Shown: positions 1-11,997 of the stretch, piece after piece
Layout: every line of letters starts with the position of its first letter
Numbering within the stretch: the first letter of the stretch is position 1
Assembly: GCF_036971445.1 (NCBI RefSeq)
Contig: NC_091473.1
Coordinates: forward strand, 207,514,001-207,578,000
Reading direction: 5' to 3'
Source of the DNA: Narcine bancroftii
Taxonomy: Eukaryota
DNA: 64,000 nucleotides
Program-made: the position numbers and the translations under genes
Notes under the pieces: model-generated
The model's input: the letters and a program-made list of their open reading frames with translations, nothing else
Database searches by the model: none
Told to the model about the DNA's origin: nothing

Positions 1-1519
1 AGGTCTCACAGGATCAGTTTGCCTTTAACTGGAAGGGGCGCCAGTATATCTTCACCCACCTCCCTCAGGGCTATGTACACTCTCCCACTCTTTGCCACAA
101 CCTAATTGCCCGTGATTTGGAGATGGTGCCAGTATCGCCTTCCTTCTCAATTCACCATTATATTGATGATGTGATGATCCAAGGGGCCACGGAAGAGATG
201 GTACAGAAAGCAGAACAAGAGGACGCCTGGTTTACTGATGGTAGCAGCCGGTGGGTGCAAGGAAAGCAGAAGTAGAAGGCAGTGGCTTACCATCCCAGGT
301 CAGGAACTCACTTATTGGAGGAGGGAGATGGTGGCTCCAGTCAGTATGCTGAGTTGAAGGTAGTCACTTTACCACTAGACCCCCATGATCACCCTCTTCG
401 CTTGTTTACTGATTCCTGGGCTGTGGCTAATGGACTAGTGGTATGGATGCCTGATTGGCAAAAGAACAACTGGCTGATACATGACCACCTAGTATGGGGC
501 AAACAGTTGTGGCAGCTGTTGTGGGATGCTTCCCATCATCGTGAGATAACCGTATATCACGTTGATGCCCATACCAATGTGACGACGAACATGGCACAAC
601 ATAATGCAGTAGCAGATCAGCTTGCCACTATCAGCCGCGCCGCTACTGTCCCCCTGGCTCGATGGGCACATGAACAGAGTGGCCATTTGGGGGAGAAGGG
701 ATCAGCTATGTGGGCCCGTACACATGCCTTACCCGTCCATAAGGACGATGTCCGCATGTTTGTGCATACATGCCCAGCATGCCAGCTTGTGAAGTTCCGC
801 ACTGTTCCTCCTGGTCCGCATGGCCGAATAAGACGGGGAGCTCGATCAGCTGCGGTCTGGCAAATTGATTACATAGGCCCTATGCCAGACTGTATGGGTA
901 AACATTACGTCCTAGTAATGGTTGACACTTTTTTGGGCCTGGTTTTTGCTTTTCCCACCAAGACGGCTGACCAAGCTAGCGCCATTCAAGGACTAAACCA
1001 TTTAATTTCTTGTTATGATGTACCAGAGGAAATTCAGTCTAATAATGGCTCGCACTTCTCCGGGAAGGTAATCTGTGATTGGTCAGCTGACAACAGTATC
1101 TTATGGGTCCACCATATTCCTTATTACCCGCAGGCTGCTGGGTTAGTTGAATGAATGAATGGCTTACTGAAGGAAAAAATTCATTTGTTAACACCACTGG
1201 GGACCCTGAAGGGGTGGTGCCATGTGCTGCAGCAGGCAGTCGACAATTTGAATCATCGCCCTTTGAAGGGAGGTACACCTTTTCACCGACTTCTTCACGC
1301 TTCTGAACTACAGCCTATTCCAGAGGAAAACAGTATTTTCCCCCCATTCCCGAGCCAGAGAATGCCAGACAAAAGGTATGGGTGGCACCATCAGGTAGTG
1401 GCCCTCCTGTAAAAGGGGAAATAGTGACACCTGCCCAGGGTAACACTCGGTGGGTAGCTATTGAGGGACAGGATGATTTAGTTTGCTTAAATACTGAACG
1501 CTTACAGCATCGTGAGTGA
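1..1519 (+). pseudogene. pol: Endogenous retrovirus pol (RT core - RNase H - integrase), class III (ERV-L/ERV-S-like), degraded and internally deleted
   Basis: Frame 3 from nt 6 reads QFAFNWKGRQYIFTHLPQGYVHSPTLCHNL...HYIDDVMI (RT), then directly AWFTDGS (RNase H), FTDSWAVANG, HVDAH, integrase HHCC (HEQSGH...CPAC), WQIDYIGP, SNNGSHF and AAGLVE*MNGLLK. Stops at ~273 and 1152, frameshift near 1370, end TGA 1517-1519. Confidence 0.9.
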
Positions 1520-1520
1520 C

Positions 1521-1907
1521 ATATGTCAGGCTTCTTTGTTCCAGGTCCTCCATCTTGTGCTCCTGCTGATCTGGCTTAACCGCTGCTTTGATGCCAGCAA
1601 ATGGATTTGTAATGTCGAGGACGTTCCGAGCGAGTTGCCCGTGGGGGACACGGTCCGATGTATCCACTAATATATCTGATATTGTTAAGCATGTTTCAAA
1701 ATCTGTTTGTGAGCTTCAGTGTCTGGTATTGTGGCCCATAAGGATAGTTTGAGCCTTGATTCATGGTTAAATGGTATATTTAGGGGATTGGACCACAATA
1801 TTCTCCGTTGGTTGCTCGCATTATTGCGTATTTTTGTGCTTATTATAGTTTTAGTTTCTTTTTTTCGTTCCTTCTGTACTCAAATGCTTGTTAGGTCTCA
1901 TAAGTGA
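1521..1907 (+). pseudogene. env: env remnant (signal-peptide-like start joined to C-terminal transmembrane part)
   Basis: Between pol and the PPT: hydrophobic LFQVLHLVLLLIWLNRCFDA, then in ORF 1719-1907 DSWLNGIF followed by membrane-spanning LRWLLALLRIFVLIIVLVSFF. Position and hydropathy fit an env with its middle deleted. Confidence 0.6.
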
Positions 1908-1930
1908 CAGGCTGTGATCAAGGGGTGGAA

Positions 1931-2495
1931 TGTAATGGAGGATTTAGACCAGCTTATGCAAGAATGGATGCAGTTGCATCAGAAGACATAATCCAATTTA
2001 CACCACCACGAGGCCATGAGATGCAGTTGTCTTTTGTTGGTCCCAGACTGTCAGGAGACCTTGAAGATAATTAAATCATTTGTTCGAAGAGATAAGAACT
2101 GATGTAAACTTTTGGGTAATATAAGCCATGGTCCCACTGCTGAAGATTGAGACTCTCCAAGAGGTGGCAACATACTTCAGCAAGAAGAAGAACTTCAAGA
2201 TTCCAAACCAACGTCCCGGTCCGGGGAGGTGGAGAAGCTGCTACCGGCACCCAGACAACCTACTACAAGTGTGCAGTCATCGCCTTGCTTTGGCAGTTAG
2301 GACCAGTCCAGGCATTGATAAGTATAATTGGGAAGGGCTTGCATATTGTAGTGTGAATTCAGCTAGCTATTAGTAATAAAGACTTGTACAAACTGAACTG
2401 CTCTCGGTGTGTGTGTGTCTATTTTCTTTCGGTAGCTCAAACACTGTGACCAATCTAAAACAAACAAAATGAGAGGTATAAGTTTACCCAAGACA
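1931..2495 (+). mobile_element. 3' LTR of the ERV, preceded by polypurine tract AAGGGGTGGAA (1920-1930)
   Basis: Starts TGTAATGG right after the PPT, ends ...CAAGACA; AATAAA at 2375-2380; 3' two thirds match the solo LTR at 5589-6287 in reverse. Confidence 0.9.
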
Positions 2496-3296
2496 GACAG
2501 GCTTCCATCACCACCTTCACTTTTCAAGGGCCAGTCACTTCTGAATCCATACTATCCATTCATTGTCGATTTAATGCATCCTTTCTATCTGGATCAGCCA
2601 ATTGTGAGGGACCTTCTCAAGTGGCTCAATGAAATTCATGTAGATAACATCCAGTGCCCCACCCTCATCGACCATCTCTGTAACTACCTAAAAAAAAATC
2701 ACTCACATAATTAAGACATGATCTACACCACGTAAACCCAAGTTGATCTGACCATAATGCTCAAAATGGGCACATATACACTATCCTCAAGTCTCTTTTG
2801 GTGAGGTTCCCACCACAGATTGGATGTTACTGGAGTATAATTTCCTGGAATACCCTTATTTCCCTTCTTGGCCACTCTCTACAGAAATAATTAAGGGAAA
2901 AAGTGTGGAGCATATCACCGGTCCAGAAATAACATCTCATCTCCAAATGGACCATAACATTGCTTGTGTTTGTCCTTTTGCAAAGAACACAAAACTCTGT
3001 GAATCGGATCAGGACTGGTCTCTCGGCTGCAGTCACTTGAGAACAAATAGTGAATTAGGGTTTCTGCAGAATGTTACATTCACAACGCTGTTCAAATTGT
3101 GAACCATGTAACCACATGCTACTCTCCATACAAGGAAGAGTGACATTCTGGAGATACCCTCTCTTTCCTCTACAGAATTAATTGGTGGAGTAATCATGTC
3201 CTGGATTTTCTGGACTCTAATAAAAAGGACAGCATGCCTGTGGATGGATGTACATCACGCCAATGCAAACCAACTCCAAATGAGCTCCATTGAAAC

Positions 3297-3545
3297 GATG
3301 AAACTTCGTGTTGGACCTCTTCTCCAGTGTTGACAAACCATTGAACAAATGTAAATACTCAGCTCGACTCCACCCATCTGGAGTGGACTGTGAGTTAGCT
3401 GAAGACACCTTTGTCCCTTTTCCTCTTCAACCCCGAGTCTTCACCCACACTTCACATCCATTCACCTTCAGGTTACCCTGAACTGCTCAAAATCACTGAG
3501 AGGCAGCTCACACAAAGTGGTCATCATCCTCTTCCTTCAGTTGTG
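3297..3545 (-). pseudogene. IgW: Degenerate duplicate of IgW Cw5 exon (psi-Cw5')
   Basis: Nucleotide similarity to 13478-13740 (cttcgtgttggacctcttctccagtgttg vs cttcgtaatggacctcttctccggtgttg; caggttaccctgaa shared). Remnant peptides TTLCELPLSDFEQFRVT* and EYLHLFNGLSTLEKRSNTK align to TILCEVVHGDLEGFRVTW and EYSCVVEDKSLPTPEKRSITK; stops and indels present. Confidence 0.8.
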
Positions 3546-4285
3546 CTGACAGGCAGACTTGCCCAAAGTTCCTGAGATGTTGGAGTCCAAACCTTGATCT
3601 TGCCGTCATTATGTAATCTTTCTTTCGTGGGTGAGACTGTCGTCTACCGGACCAGCGTCTTTTGCTCTGCTCCTGTGACTGACTTGCCAGGCCTATCAGA
3701 GACACTGATGAATTTGGTGAGTGACTGAAGGCGAAAGAGTGCAAAAGGCAGGTGACCTTTACAAAAGGTCATCAGTGAACCTGTTAATCTTCTGTTCCTT
3801 TCCCAGTTTCACCCTCACTTTGACTGCCCACAGCAACTCATATCCTCCTGTTGCTTTCTAGTTTAAAATTTTCTACTGTCCCTTCAAGTTGTGCATCAAA
3901 GCCATTCTCCAGAAGCTGTTGAGCGTAACCAAGCAGAGCAGTGTTGCCTTCCCGTGTCGGGATATTGAAGTGTTCTGGAAGATGTGGTGGAGGCAGATAC
4001 GATTGGGTCTTTTAAGAGACTTTTGGAAAGGTACATGGAGCTTAGAAAAAAGGCCTATGGGTAAGGCTGGTCATTTCTCAGGTAGGGACATTATTGGCAC
4101 AACTTTGCTGTAAGTTTTGTATGTTTTTCTGTGAAATTGTATCAATGAATATATTTGCTTCTGTTCTATGCATTCAGGTTATCAGCTCCCTCACATAAGC
4201 ACAACAATGCCACGTCGATCTTTCAGTGAACTAACTGTGACATAGGCAAAGGTGTTTGAGATTAGGGTGAATCCCAGAACCGTAC

Positions 4286-4603
4286 CTTGCATGTTTTTCA
4301 CCTCCCGGCTGATACTGGTGTTGGAGGGGGGATGAGACACTATACAGCTGAAGACCGAGCCTTTCTTCCACTCATCTGTCCTCACCGTCAGGAAGTGGCT
4401 GGCACTGAAAGTGCCCACCTGCTCCAGAGCAGTCTGTGTAGTGGGGGTGTTGAAGAAGATCAGGGAGCTGTCTTTCTCCCAGGTGACGTTTATGAGGTCC
4501 GGGTAGAATCCAGAGATCACACACTCGAGGGTGGCCGTGATCCTACTCTTGGTGTCGTCATGTGTTGGCGGCAGCGGACGGACCTCAGGCCCTTTGAACT
4601 CGA
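4286..4603 (-). CDS. IgW: IgW constant exon Cw4' (duplicate), open 318-nt exon
   Basis: ttccag acceptor and G|GTACGG donor, phase 1-1. Ig C1-set domain VEFKGPEVRPLPP...TLECVISGFYPDLINVTWEKD...TALEQVGTFS...EWKKGSVFSCIVSHPPS; paralog of 14654-14971. Confidence 0.9.
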
Positions 4604-4691
4604 CTGGAACAGACGAGCAAAGAAAGGAGACGTCAACATTTTTACTCAAGGTCACAGATGTTGTCCATCTAATCACTGATCTTTTGCCCAC

Positions 4692-4992
4692 CTTTGGTAC
4701 TTTGTGTCTGCTGAGACTGGCGAGGATGAAGAAGATCCTTGGGTGGAACAAATGTACACTGCCCCACTGTACCACTCCTCCACACTGGTCTGAAATTGGC
4801 TGATCACTGTGCTTTGTGTCCCTTCCTCTCTCGGTTGTTGGGTCACATTTCCTTTCATTTTCTCCCTTCCGCTCACCTGCCAGTATATTTGGACCTGGCT
4901 CAGATCAGCACCCACAACCAGGCACAGCAGAGTAGCGCTCTTGTTGATCCAAATCTCTTCAGTGGATGGATTTTGTAAAAAGATGGACCATT
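4692..4992 (-). pseudogene. IgW: IgW constant exon Cw3' (duplicate), frameshifted at its 3' end
   Basis: ctgcag acceptor and G|GTGGGC donor; WSIFLQNPSTEEIWINKSATLLC...W...EWYSGAVYIC. Length 301 nt; ACAAAGTACCAAAG vs ACAAAAAGCACCAAAG in the paralog shows a 2-nt deletion. Confidence 0.85.
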
Positions 4993-5588
4993 CTGCAGGT
5001 GAGAAATAGAAAACTTACAAACTGGACTATGTCTGGTGTCAGCGGGCTTCTCCACTTCGGCCCAGACTCATACTACATCTCAATGTACAGTAAACCATAT
5101 ATTAGAATGAATTCAGGGCTGTTTAAGTGGTGAGTTGCCCATCTCTGCTGACTGCTTTGAGTGAGAAAATAAAATCAAACACCGGGAACTCGTATCACTG
5201 TTACAGCAGGGTGTGTGAGATAGTTCCAAGCTGAGGGACATTTAGCTGTCCTAATGCAATAGGTGCAATCTCCAGCAGGTGAAATGCAGTGAAAGATGCA
5301 CTTTCTGACCATAGGAAACATTGCATGAATTCCTGTTGTCTCAGGGCCTGTGTAGGACTGCAGACTGACTTATGACATTGGGCCTGCTGAATCAGTGAGG
5401 CATCTCCTTCCTATTCAGACTGAACCAGGATACCTCCAGTGTGGAAACTCTAGTGCTGACATTCAAATTTCCTGTGGCCTTGCCTCTTGTCCAACAAATC
5501 AACCCTCTGAAAAACATTACGATTCCCCACGGCGCGTGAGAGAGGCAACATTTTGTGAACTGTTCTCAGCAGATTTGTTCCTTGCATT

Positions 5589-6287
5589 TGTCTTGGGTAA
5601 ATTTATACCTCTCATTTTGTTCGTTTTAGATTGGTCACAGTGTTTGAGCTACCAAAAGAAAATAGACACACACACCGAGAGCAGTTCAGTTTATATAAAT
5701 GTTTATTACAAAATCAAAAGCTGATTTCACACTACAATATGCAAGCCCCTCCCAACTATACTTAGCAACGCTTGGACTGGACCCAATTGCCAAAGCGAGG
5801 CAATGACTGCACACTTGTAGTAGGTTGTCAGGGCGCCGGTAGCAGCTTCTCCACCTCCCTCGACCGGGACGTTGGCTGGACTCTAGAAGTTCTTCTTGCT
5901 GAGAGATGTTGCCAAACTTCAGCAGTGGGACCATGGCTTATATTACCCAAAAACTGCTTACCCAAGCACCTATTCCCAGCACAGCAAGAAAGATAAGCGA
6001 GCAAGCTAGCATGCTAGGCTTCTATCGAATAACATAATTTTCAGCTTATCACTTTGAATACAATGGTTTATTTTGCATCAAGGCTAGGCCTCTGACAGTC
6101 TGTGACAAAAAGAAGCAGGAAGATTAAATGTTCTTGGTACACAGATGTCCTTTCATCAGATAACTTCATCTCTGGCCTCTCGGTGGATTTTAGCTTATGT
6201 CTGCTGATTCTAAAAACAAGCAGGTTCTCAGCCTTGCAGAAGCAAAGGCTGCAAAATTAAAAAACACAGTTAGAATCTTCCATTACA
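5589..6287 (-). mobile_element. Solo LTR of the same ERV family, 5-bp TSD GCATT
   Basis: TG...CA termini; GCATT at 5584-5588 and 6288-6292; reverse match to LTR 1931-2495; AATAAA at 5702-5707 and TAATATAAG at 5937-5945 on the minus strand. Confidence 0.92.
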
Positions 6288-6689
6288 GCATTCTTCACAA
6301 TTAGTCCACTCTCTTTAATTTCATCTCTCACACTGTCAGAATTACTGACAATGTTCTCACTGATCTTTTCTTCTCAACACTACACTCTATTTTTTATCTT
6401 GTACTATTTCCTGTTCTTGGGAGGGTTTGATCTGCCTGGATAGCGTGCATTGTGAAGTTTTGCTCTGTGTCTCAGTCCACATTGCAATAAACAATTTGAT
6501 TCCATTCTGGACCCTCTGAACGATGGACTCCCATTGTCACAGCATCAATGACTGTTCCTTCAGCAGTCACAAGCACTGGAACTCACTGAATCTTAGTCAA
6601 TTCCATCTGTCCTTCTTCAAACTATTCCTTGCAACGGCCATATGAGGTAATGTAACAGATTGGTTCAGCTGCTGGACTGGAGATGTGTT

Positions 6690-7900
6690 CAAATATATTC
6701 CTCCGAGACCATGAGATGTCCCCTCATTCTACTTTCACCTGCCAGAGGAGGAACTTTCCTGCCATTATCATTTATCCATTTTATAATTTTCAATATTTCT
6801 TTAAGGTCCCCTCTCATCTGTCTTAATTCCAGTGAATACAATCCTTTTTGTAAAATGTTAATCCTCACTTACATCTTTAATCCACTCCCCCAAACTTTGA
6901 GGTTAGGCCCCCTACCAGAGGAAATAAATTTCCTGCCAGATCTGATCTATACCTTTCATAATTTTACCTTTCTGTAAGATCCCCTCTCATTCTTCTTAAT
7001 TCCAGCGAGTATAGTCCCAACGATTCAATCTCCCCTTACAGGCTGAACCTTTCTTTGCTGGAATCAACCCAATTAACCTCCTCTGCACCGCTTCCAATCC
7101 AGTATAGCCTTTTTCATATACAGAGACTCAAACTCCAGGTGCAGCTTCACCTGAACCCTTTTCAGCTACAGCAGATCCTACCTCTCTTCAATTCAATCTC
7201 TCCGGAAGTGAAGGCCCACATCCCATTTCCCTTCTTGATTACCTCTTGCAGCTGCAAATTAACCTTTGTGATTCATTCACAATCACTGCCAACCATCTGA
7301 CAGACCCTTCTCCACTCATTTAACCAGTCATCTCTCTTCAGACTCTGCATCCTCTCCACAATTCTTCTTCTGCACAGTAAGCGTAGTCTTACGGCATCAG
7401 CGATTGGGACTGTAATGAGTTTGTACATTCTCCCCATGTCTGTGTGGTTTTTTTCCCAGGGGCTCTAGTTTCCTCCCACCGTTTAAAACATACCAGAAGT
7501 GTAAGTTAATTGGATGTAAATTGGACAATATGGGCTTGTGGGCCAAAATGGTCTGTTACTGCCATATTGTCTATATGACTCAATTTCATGTCATCAGCCA
7601 GCCTCAATATGTTACACTTGGTCCCTTCTTCCAAATCATTCATGTATATCGGGGGCCCAGAGTCAATCCCCATTGCACTCTGCACACTACTGATGGCTAA
7701 CAGATAACACCCATTTATCCGAATCTTCTGTCTTCTTTTGGGAAACCAATCCAATATCCATTACCCCCAAGTTCATGCATTGTTATCTTCTGGATGTCTT
7801 TTTGGTTTGGCACATGATCGAATGCTTTCTGGAAGCCCAAATCCCCAACATCCACCTGTTACCCTCAATCCATTGCTTTCATTATATCCTCAAAGAACTT
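6690..7900 (-). mobile_element. Old CR1 LINE fragments (RT C-terminal part), interrupted by a SINE
   Basis: Minus-strand remnants such as IYMNDLEEGTKCNILRLADDMKL (ORF 7506-7754) and CR1-type 3' sequence (agatcccctctcattcttcttaattccagcgagtatagtccc). Confidence 0.65.
7372..7575 (+). mobile_element. V-SINE (HE1-like) fragment
   Basis: Core gagtttgtacattctccccatgtctgtgtgg...tttcctccc shared with 58846-59090 and 62845-63132. Confidence 0.7.
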
Positions 7901-9824
7901 AAGGACAGCACGGTTAGCATAACACTCTGACAGCACCAGCTCCACATTTTTCCCTCAATTCAAAATACATACTGAGGATTGTAGGTCAATTGGGTGTAGT
8001 TGGGCTGCACAGGCTCATGGGCCAAAAGGACCTGTTACCGTGATGTATGTTTAAATTTAAATGTGCCACTAGATGGTTATTCATCATGAACTTTTGTACT
8101 GATTTGTGCCACAAATTCACTGAGTTCTTTTTTTAAGACTACTGGCATTCAGATAAGTGCCCTCACACTCATTGTCCTTTCAGGCTCTCGTAATCTTTGT
8201 CTCATTTATTTGATTTTTTCTGAACTCCTCTCTTACTTTTTATTACCTTTGCTTTGGTCTCTCTCCATTTCTTCCCTCTGTTTCTGTGCTAGGATTCCTA
8301 TCTCCCTCCCTCTACATTATCTTAAACCTCCCCAACAGAAGGAGCAAATAATCCCTCAGGACATTGATCAGTCAGTCTACATCAACTGCCATTCCATACT
8401 TGCAGGCATCGTAAATTTCGTTGACTATTTGAAATCTATTGTTGATGACCATCTAGCATGGAAGACAGATTAGTTGCATTGGCAGGGCAGAATTGTGCCA
8501 GAGGTCTCCACCTGGTTATTATTTCTGCAGAGAGAAATTTTCCCCCCCATTTCACTCCTGATTCATTGGATGAGGAGAGACGGATTGATAAGTTATTGTA
8601 TGTGTTCTGCATTGTCAATTCTCCACCAAAGCTCTACCATCACTTCAGATATCCCTCAGCTCATGGCTTTCTGCATCCACACACACACATTCACTCTGGT
8701 CCACATTGACTAAAATTGCTCTTCAAGACTGGTGGGGAAAGCATGTTAAGATTGAAACCTGCAATGATATCAGGGGACAACATCTTTGGCTGCAGGTGAG
8801 CTTTTGTTCAGTGGAGAGGAGCTGCTTCTCAGAACCCTTTTTCAGCACTAAATTAGCGCAGTTCTCTGTTTCTTTCCATGTCAACCTAAACAACTCAAAG
8901 CCAATTTCCTTCAAAGCTTATTGTAGAAGTAGATGACTGTTACCGACTATAATTAAAGTTTGATCAATGATTTGAGAATTTGGGTTCATTCAGCAGTGCC
9001 CTGATATGAAGAATTGCAAGGTGTTCAGCCCTGTCCTGCAGTCGTGACACCGAGACACAGTCACAGTGTCCAGTGCCCCAGGTAAGGTCACCATCAGAAA
9101 GCCTGGCAGTGTTGGGACTATTCCCCTTATTGTTAGAGAATGCTGATCCTATTCCAATGGCTAATTATATTCACCTTTTGGCAGAATTTAAACAAACACT
9201 TTGCCAATTTCTGCACTTGACTGAATTCACTGATTGGAATGAAAATGACACAGTTGTTGCTTTTGCTGCCAAGTGTTTCAACCAAACGCACAGGAGGAGA
9301 GAGAGCACCAGTTGGATCCCTGTGTTCAGTCTCACCAACCTGCCGCAGGTTCAGGTTTGTGAAAGGGTTCGCCACCCTCCCCCATCCACCCGCATTATCT
9401 CCTGCCCGCCAGGCTCTGGATGAGAAGGAGGGCTTCCAGTTCCCAACAGGAGTCTGACCAGAAAAATGATCTGGTCCTGCAGTGGGTCAGTGGGCTGAGT
9501 GACAGTGAGCCAACATTGTTCACAAATAAATGGGCAAGGAATAGGGGGAGTGTGTTGCTGGAAACCCTTTATATCCTTTCATCCATGTCATGAATATTCC
9601 CATGAATGGTTACGGCAGTAACTGAGGTCATTACAGGACACTGCACATCATCATCTCCTGCTGGGTTCAGTTTCCACCCATCGTGTCTTCAGTCTTTTTC
9701 CTGTCCTTCTGCCAGTCTCAGACTCAGGTCTCTCATGAGAAACATTTACAAATACCTCATAGAGCTCCTATAAATAAATTCCTGTCTCAAATACTTTAAG
9801 TGCGTCTTTAATAAGTTCAGTCAC

Positions 9825-11070
9825 TGATGCACTGTCAATAACTTGAAAGACTGGAACTAAAGAACAATAGGCTTTTATTTACAATAAACTTGAAGGTCAT
9901 CCCGTGCTGGGTCCCAGGCTTTCTGAGGAGGGGTTATGGTGTTGGTGCCTTTAAATAGGGTCAAGAGGGAGGAGCCAGGGGTACAGTCACAGAATGGGAT
10001 GGTGCCATATAAATGAGTGTTTTTTTTAAATTTTGTCCAGCAGGGTGATGTGGGGCACAAAGTCTTACAGGTTAAGTCTGTCCAGTGGCCTGGTCTTCCT
10101 TTGTGACCAGCAGAGAGTCGGATGTTGTGCTGTAGCCCTGGACCTCCAGCACTGTGTTATCCTGCTGGGGGTGTGGTGACTTGACTGGAGTGGGGGTGGG
10201 GTTAGGGTGCCATGGTATGTAGTGTGCCTCCATAGGAAGGGAGGGTGCTGTTTAGTGGGTCTGCTTCTCAGGTGCCCCTGCGTGCACAAGGTCCCGGATG
10301 GAGAGTTTCCTCGCACCCATCTGAGGTAGACCATGTACGTATATTGGAGATTCACCTTGAGGAGCTGGACTCTTTCAATAAGAGGGTCAGTTTTATAGTC
10401 CCTCATGTGCTTCTGTAGCTGGACCAGCCCTGTGGCCATCAACCAAGATGGCAGGGTGGTCCCCGATGCAGACATCCTGGGGAAGAAGAAAATTCGTTCA
10501 TGAGAGGTAGCATTGATAGCAGTACATAACAGCTACCTGATTGGGTGGAGCACCTCGGGAAGGACCTCCTGCCAGTGAGAGACTGGCAGCCCCATGGACC
10601 AAAGAGCAATGAGGATGACTTTCCACATGGTGGCGCTTTCCCTCGTTACCTGGTCATTCCCTCGGGAGGTTGTAGCTAGTGGTCCTGCTGGTGGTGATAC
10701 CTCAGGCCAGCGGAATTGGTGCAGCTCATCACTCATGAATGAGGACCCCCTCCCCCCCGTGCGGTCTTGTGGACATATGACGGGTACCCGAACAGGGTGA
10801 ACAAGTTGTGCAGTGCCCTGATGACTGTGGTAGTGGTCATGTCTGGGCAGGAGATGCAAAGGGGAAACATGAATGCTCATCAATGACTGTGAGGAAATAC
10901 ACATTGCGGTTAGTGGAGGGGAAGGGGCCCTTGAAGTCCATACTCAGGCATTCGAAAGACCGTGAAGTTTTTTGCCATGTGTGCCCTATTTGGTTGGTAG
11001 AAGTGCGGTTTACATTCTGCACAGAACCAGCAGTCCCTAGTCATATCTCTGACATCCTCGATTTAGTACA
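9825..11070 (-). mobile_element. Gypsy-like LTR retrotransposon 3' relic (integrase plus partial LTR)
   Basis: FECLSMDFKGPFPSTNRNVYFLTVIDEHSCFPFA (integrase), HWQEVLPEVLH, end of pol RPLDRLNL*; LTR-like segment 9825-~10020 with minus-strand AATAAA ending ...GTGCATCA. Confidence 0.75.
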
Positions 11071-11753
11071 GCAGATTATGATGATGTAAACTATTAAAAA
11101 ATTAGTGCTGGATAACAGTGAGAAGTGAGGTCTCATAGAGTGTGACTGAAGCCAGTGAATCATCGGAAGTTCTCCCTCTATTCATTTCTTGGTCTGTCTA
11201 TCCCTCACGTTCTATTTTCCCTCTTTGATTCCTTCACATGCTATTTCTCCGTCCATTTCTTACCACTTCAACTTTTGTTTCTGTTTGCAATTCTCTTCAT
11301 CTCCATTTATCTCACAAGAATAACAGAAACAGGAGCAAGAGTAGACACTTCACCTCTGCTCAGTGTGATGGAATATTTGGAGATGTTTTTGGGAGATAAA
11401 TTCATATTCAGTGACTTTACAGAAACTATGGAGAATACTATGTACATTTCACAAGTAGGTGCTAATTGAAATGATGTCATGAAATGAATAGACTATTGTC
11501 TTGAAAGAACAACTGGAGTCAGGTTGTCTGTGTTGGACTTTTTTGCAAGGCTTTTGACTTCTCTGCAAAGTGCTCACTCAGAGGTCATTGAGAGGTTTGT
11601 TTACCTAAAACAACAGATGGACTAGATCCAAAGACACCAATTTCTCCCAAAATGTGCATCATTTTCCACACAGCACATCCCACATCATTCATTTCCTGCC
11701 TCTCAAAGCCCATCAGCAAAGCACACGCACAATCATGACATTTTCACGTTACA

Positions 11754-11759
11754 TTTATT
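11754..11759 (-). terminator. Polyadenylation signal of the long secreted IgW form
   Basis: AATAAA on the minus strand ~240 nt after the tailpiece stop codon. Confidence 0.7.
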
Positions 11760-11997
11760 GAACTTCCAATGATACATGAACACATCCATTGATTTGACAC
11801 ATCTTGAGATCCCAGGTCGTGTTGCAATCTGATCAATGTCTGTAAAGGTACACAGATGCTGAGAAGTTTGTGAAGAATTCTGTTTGTGGCTAATGTAATT
11901 CTTGAGTCTCATTTTGTTCTCAATGGTTCGGAAATGTCCAAATCTTCTTGGACAATTAATTATCATCAAACTAACAAAACTATTGAATCGTGAGGTA

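Noticed and set aside
9040-9090. Plus-strand DTVTVSSAP followed by GTAAG looks like a JH segment; CACAGTG heptamer at 9062-9068
   Set aside because: No WGxG motif, no nonamer at 12 or 22/23 bp spacing, and opposite strand to the IgW exons.
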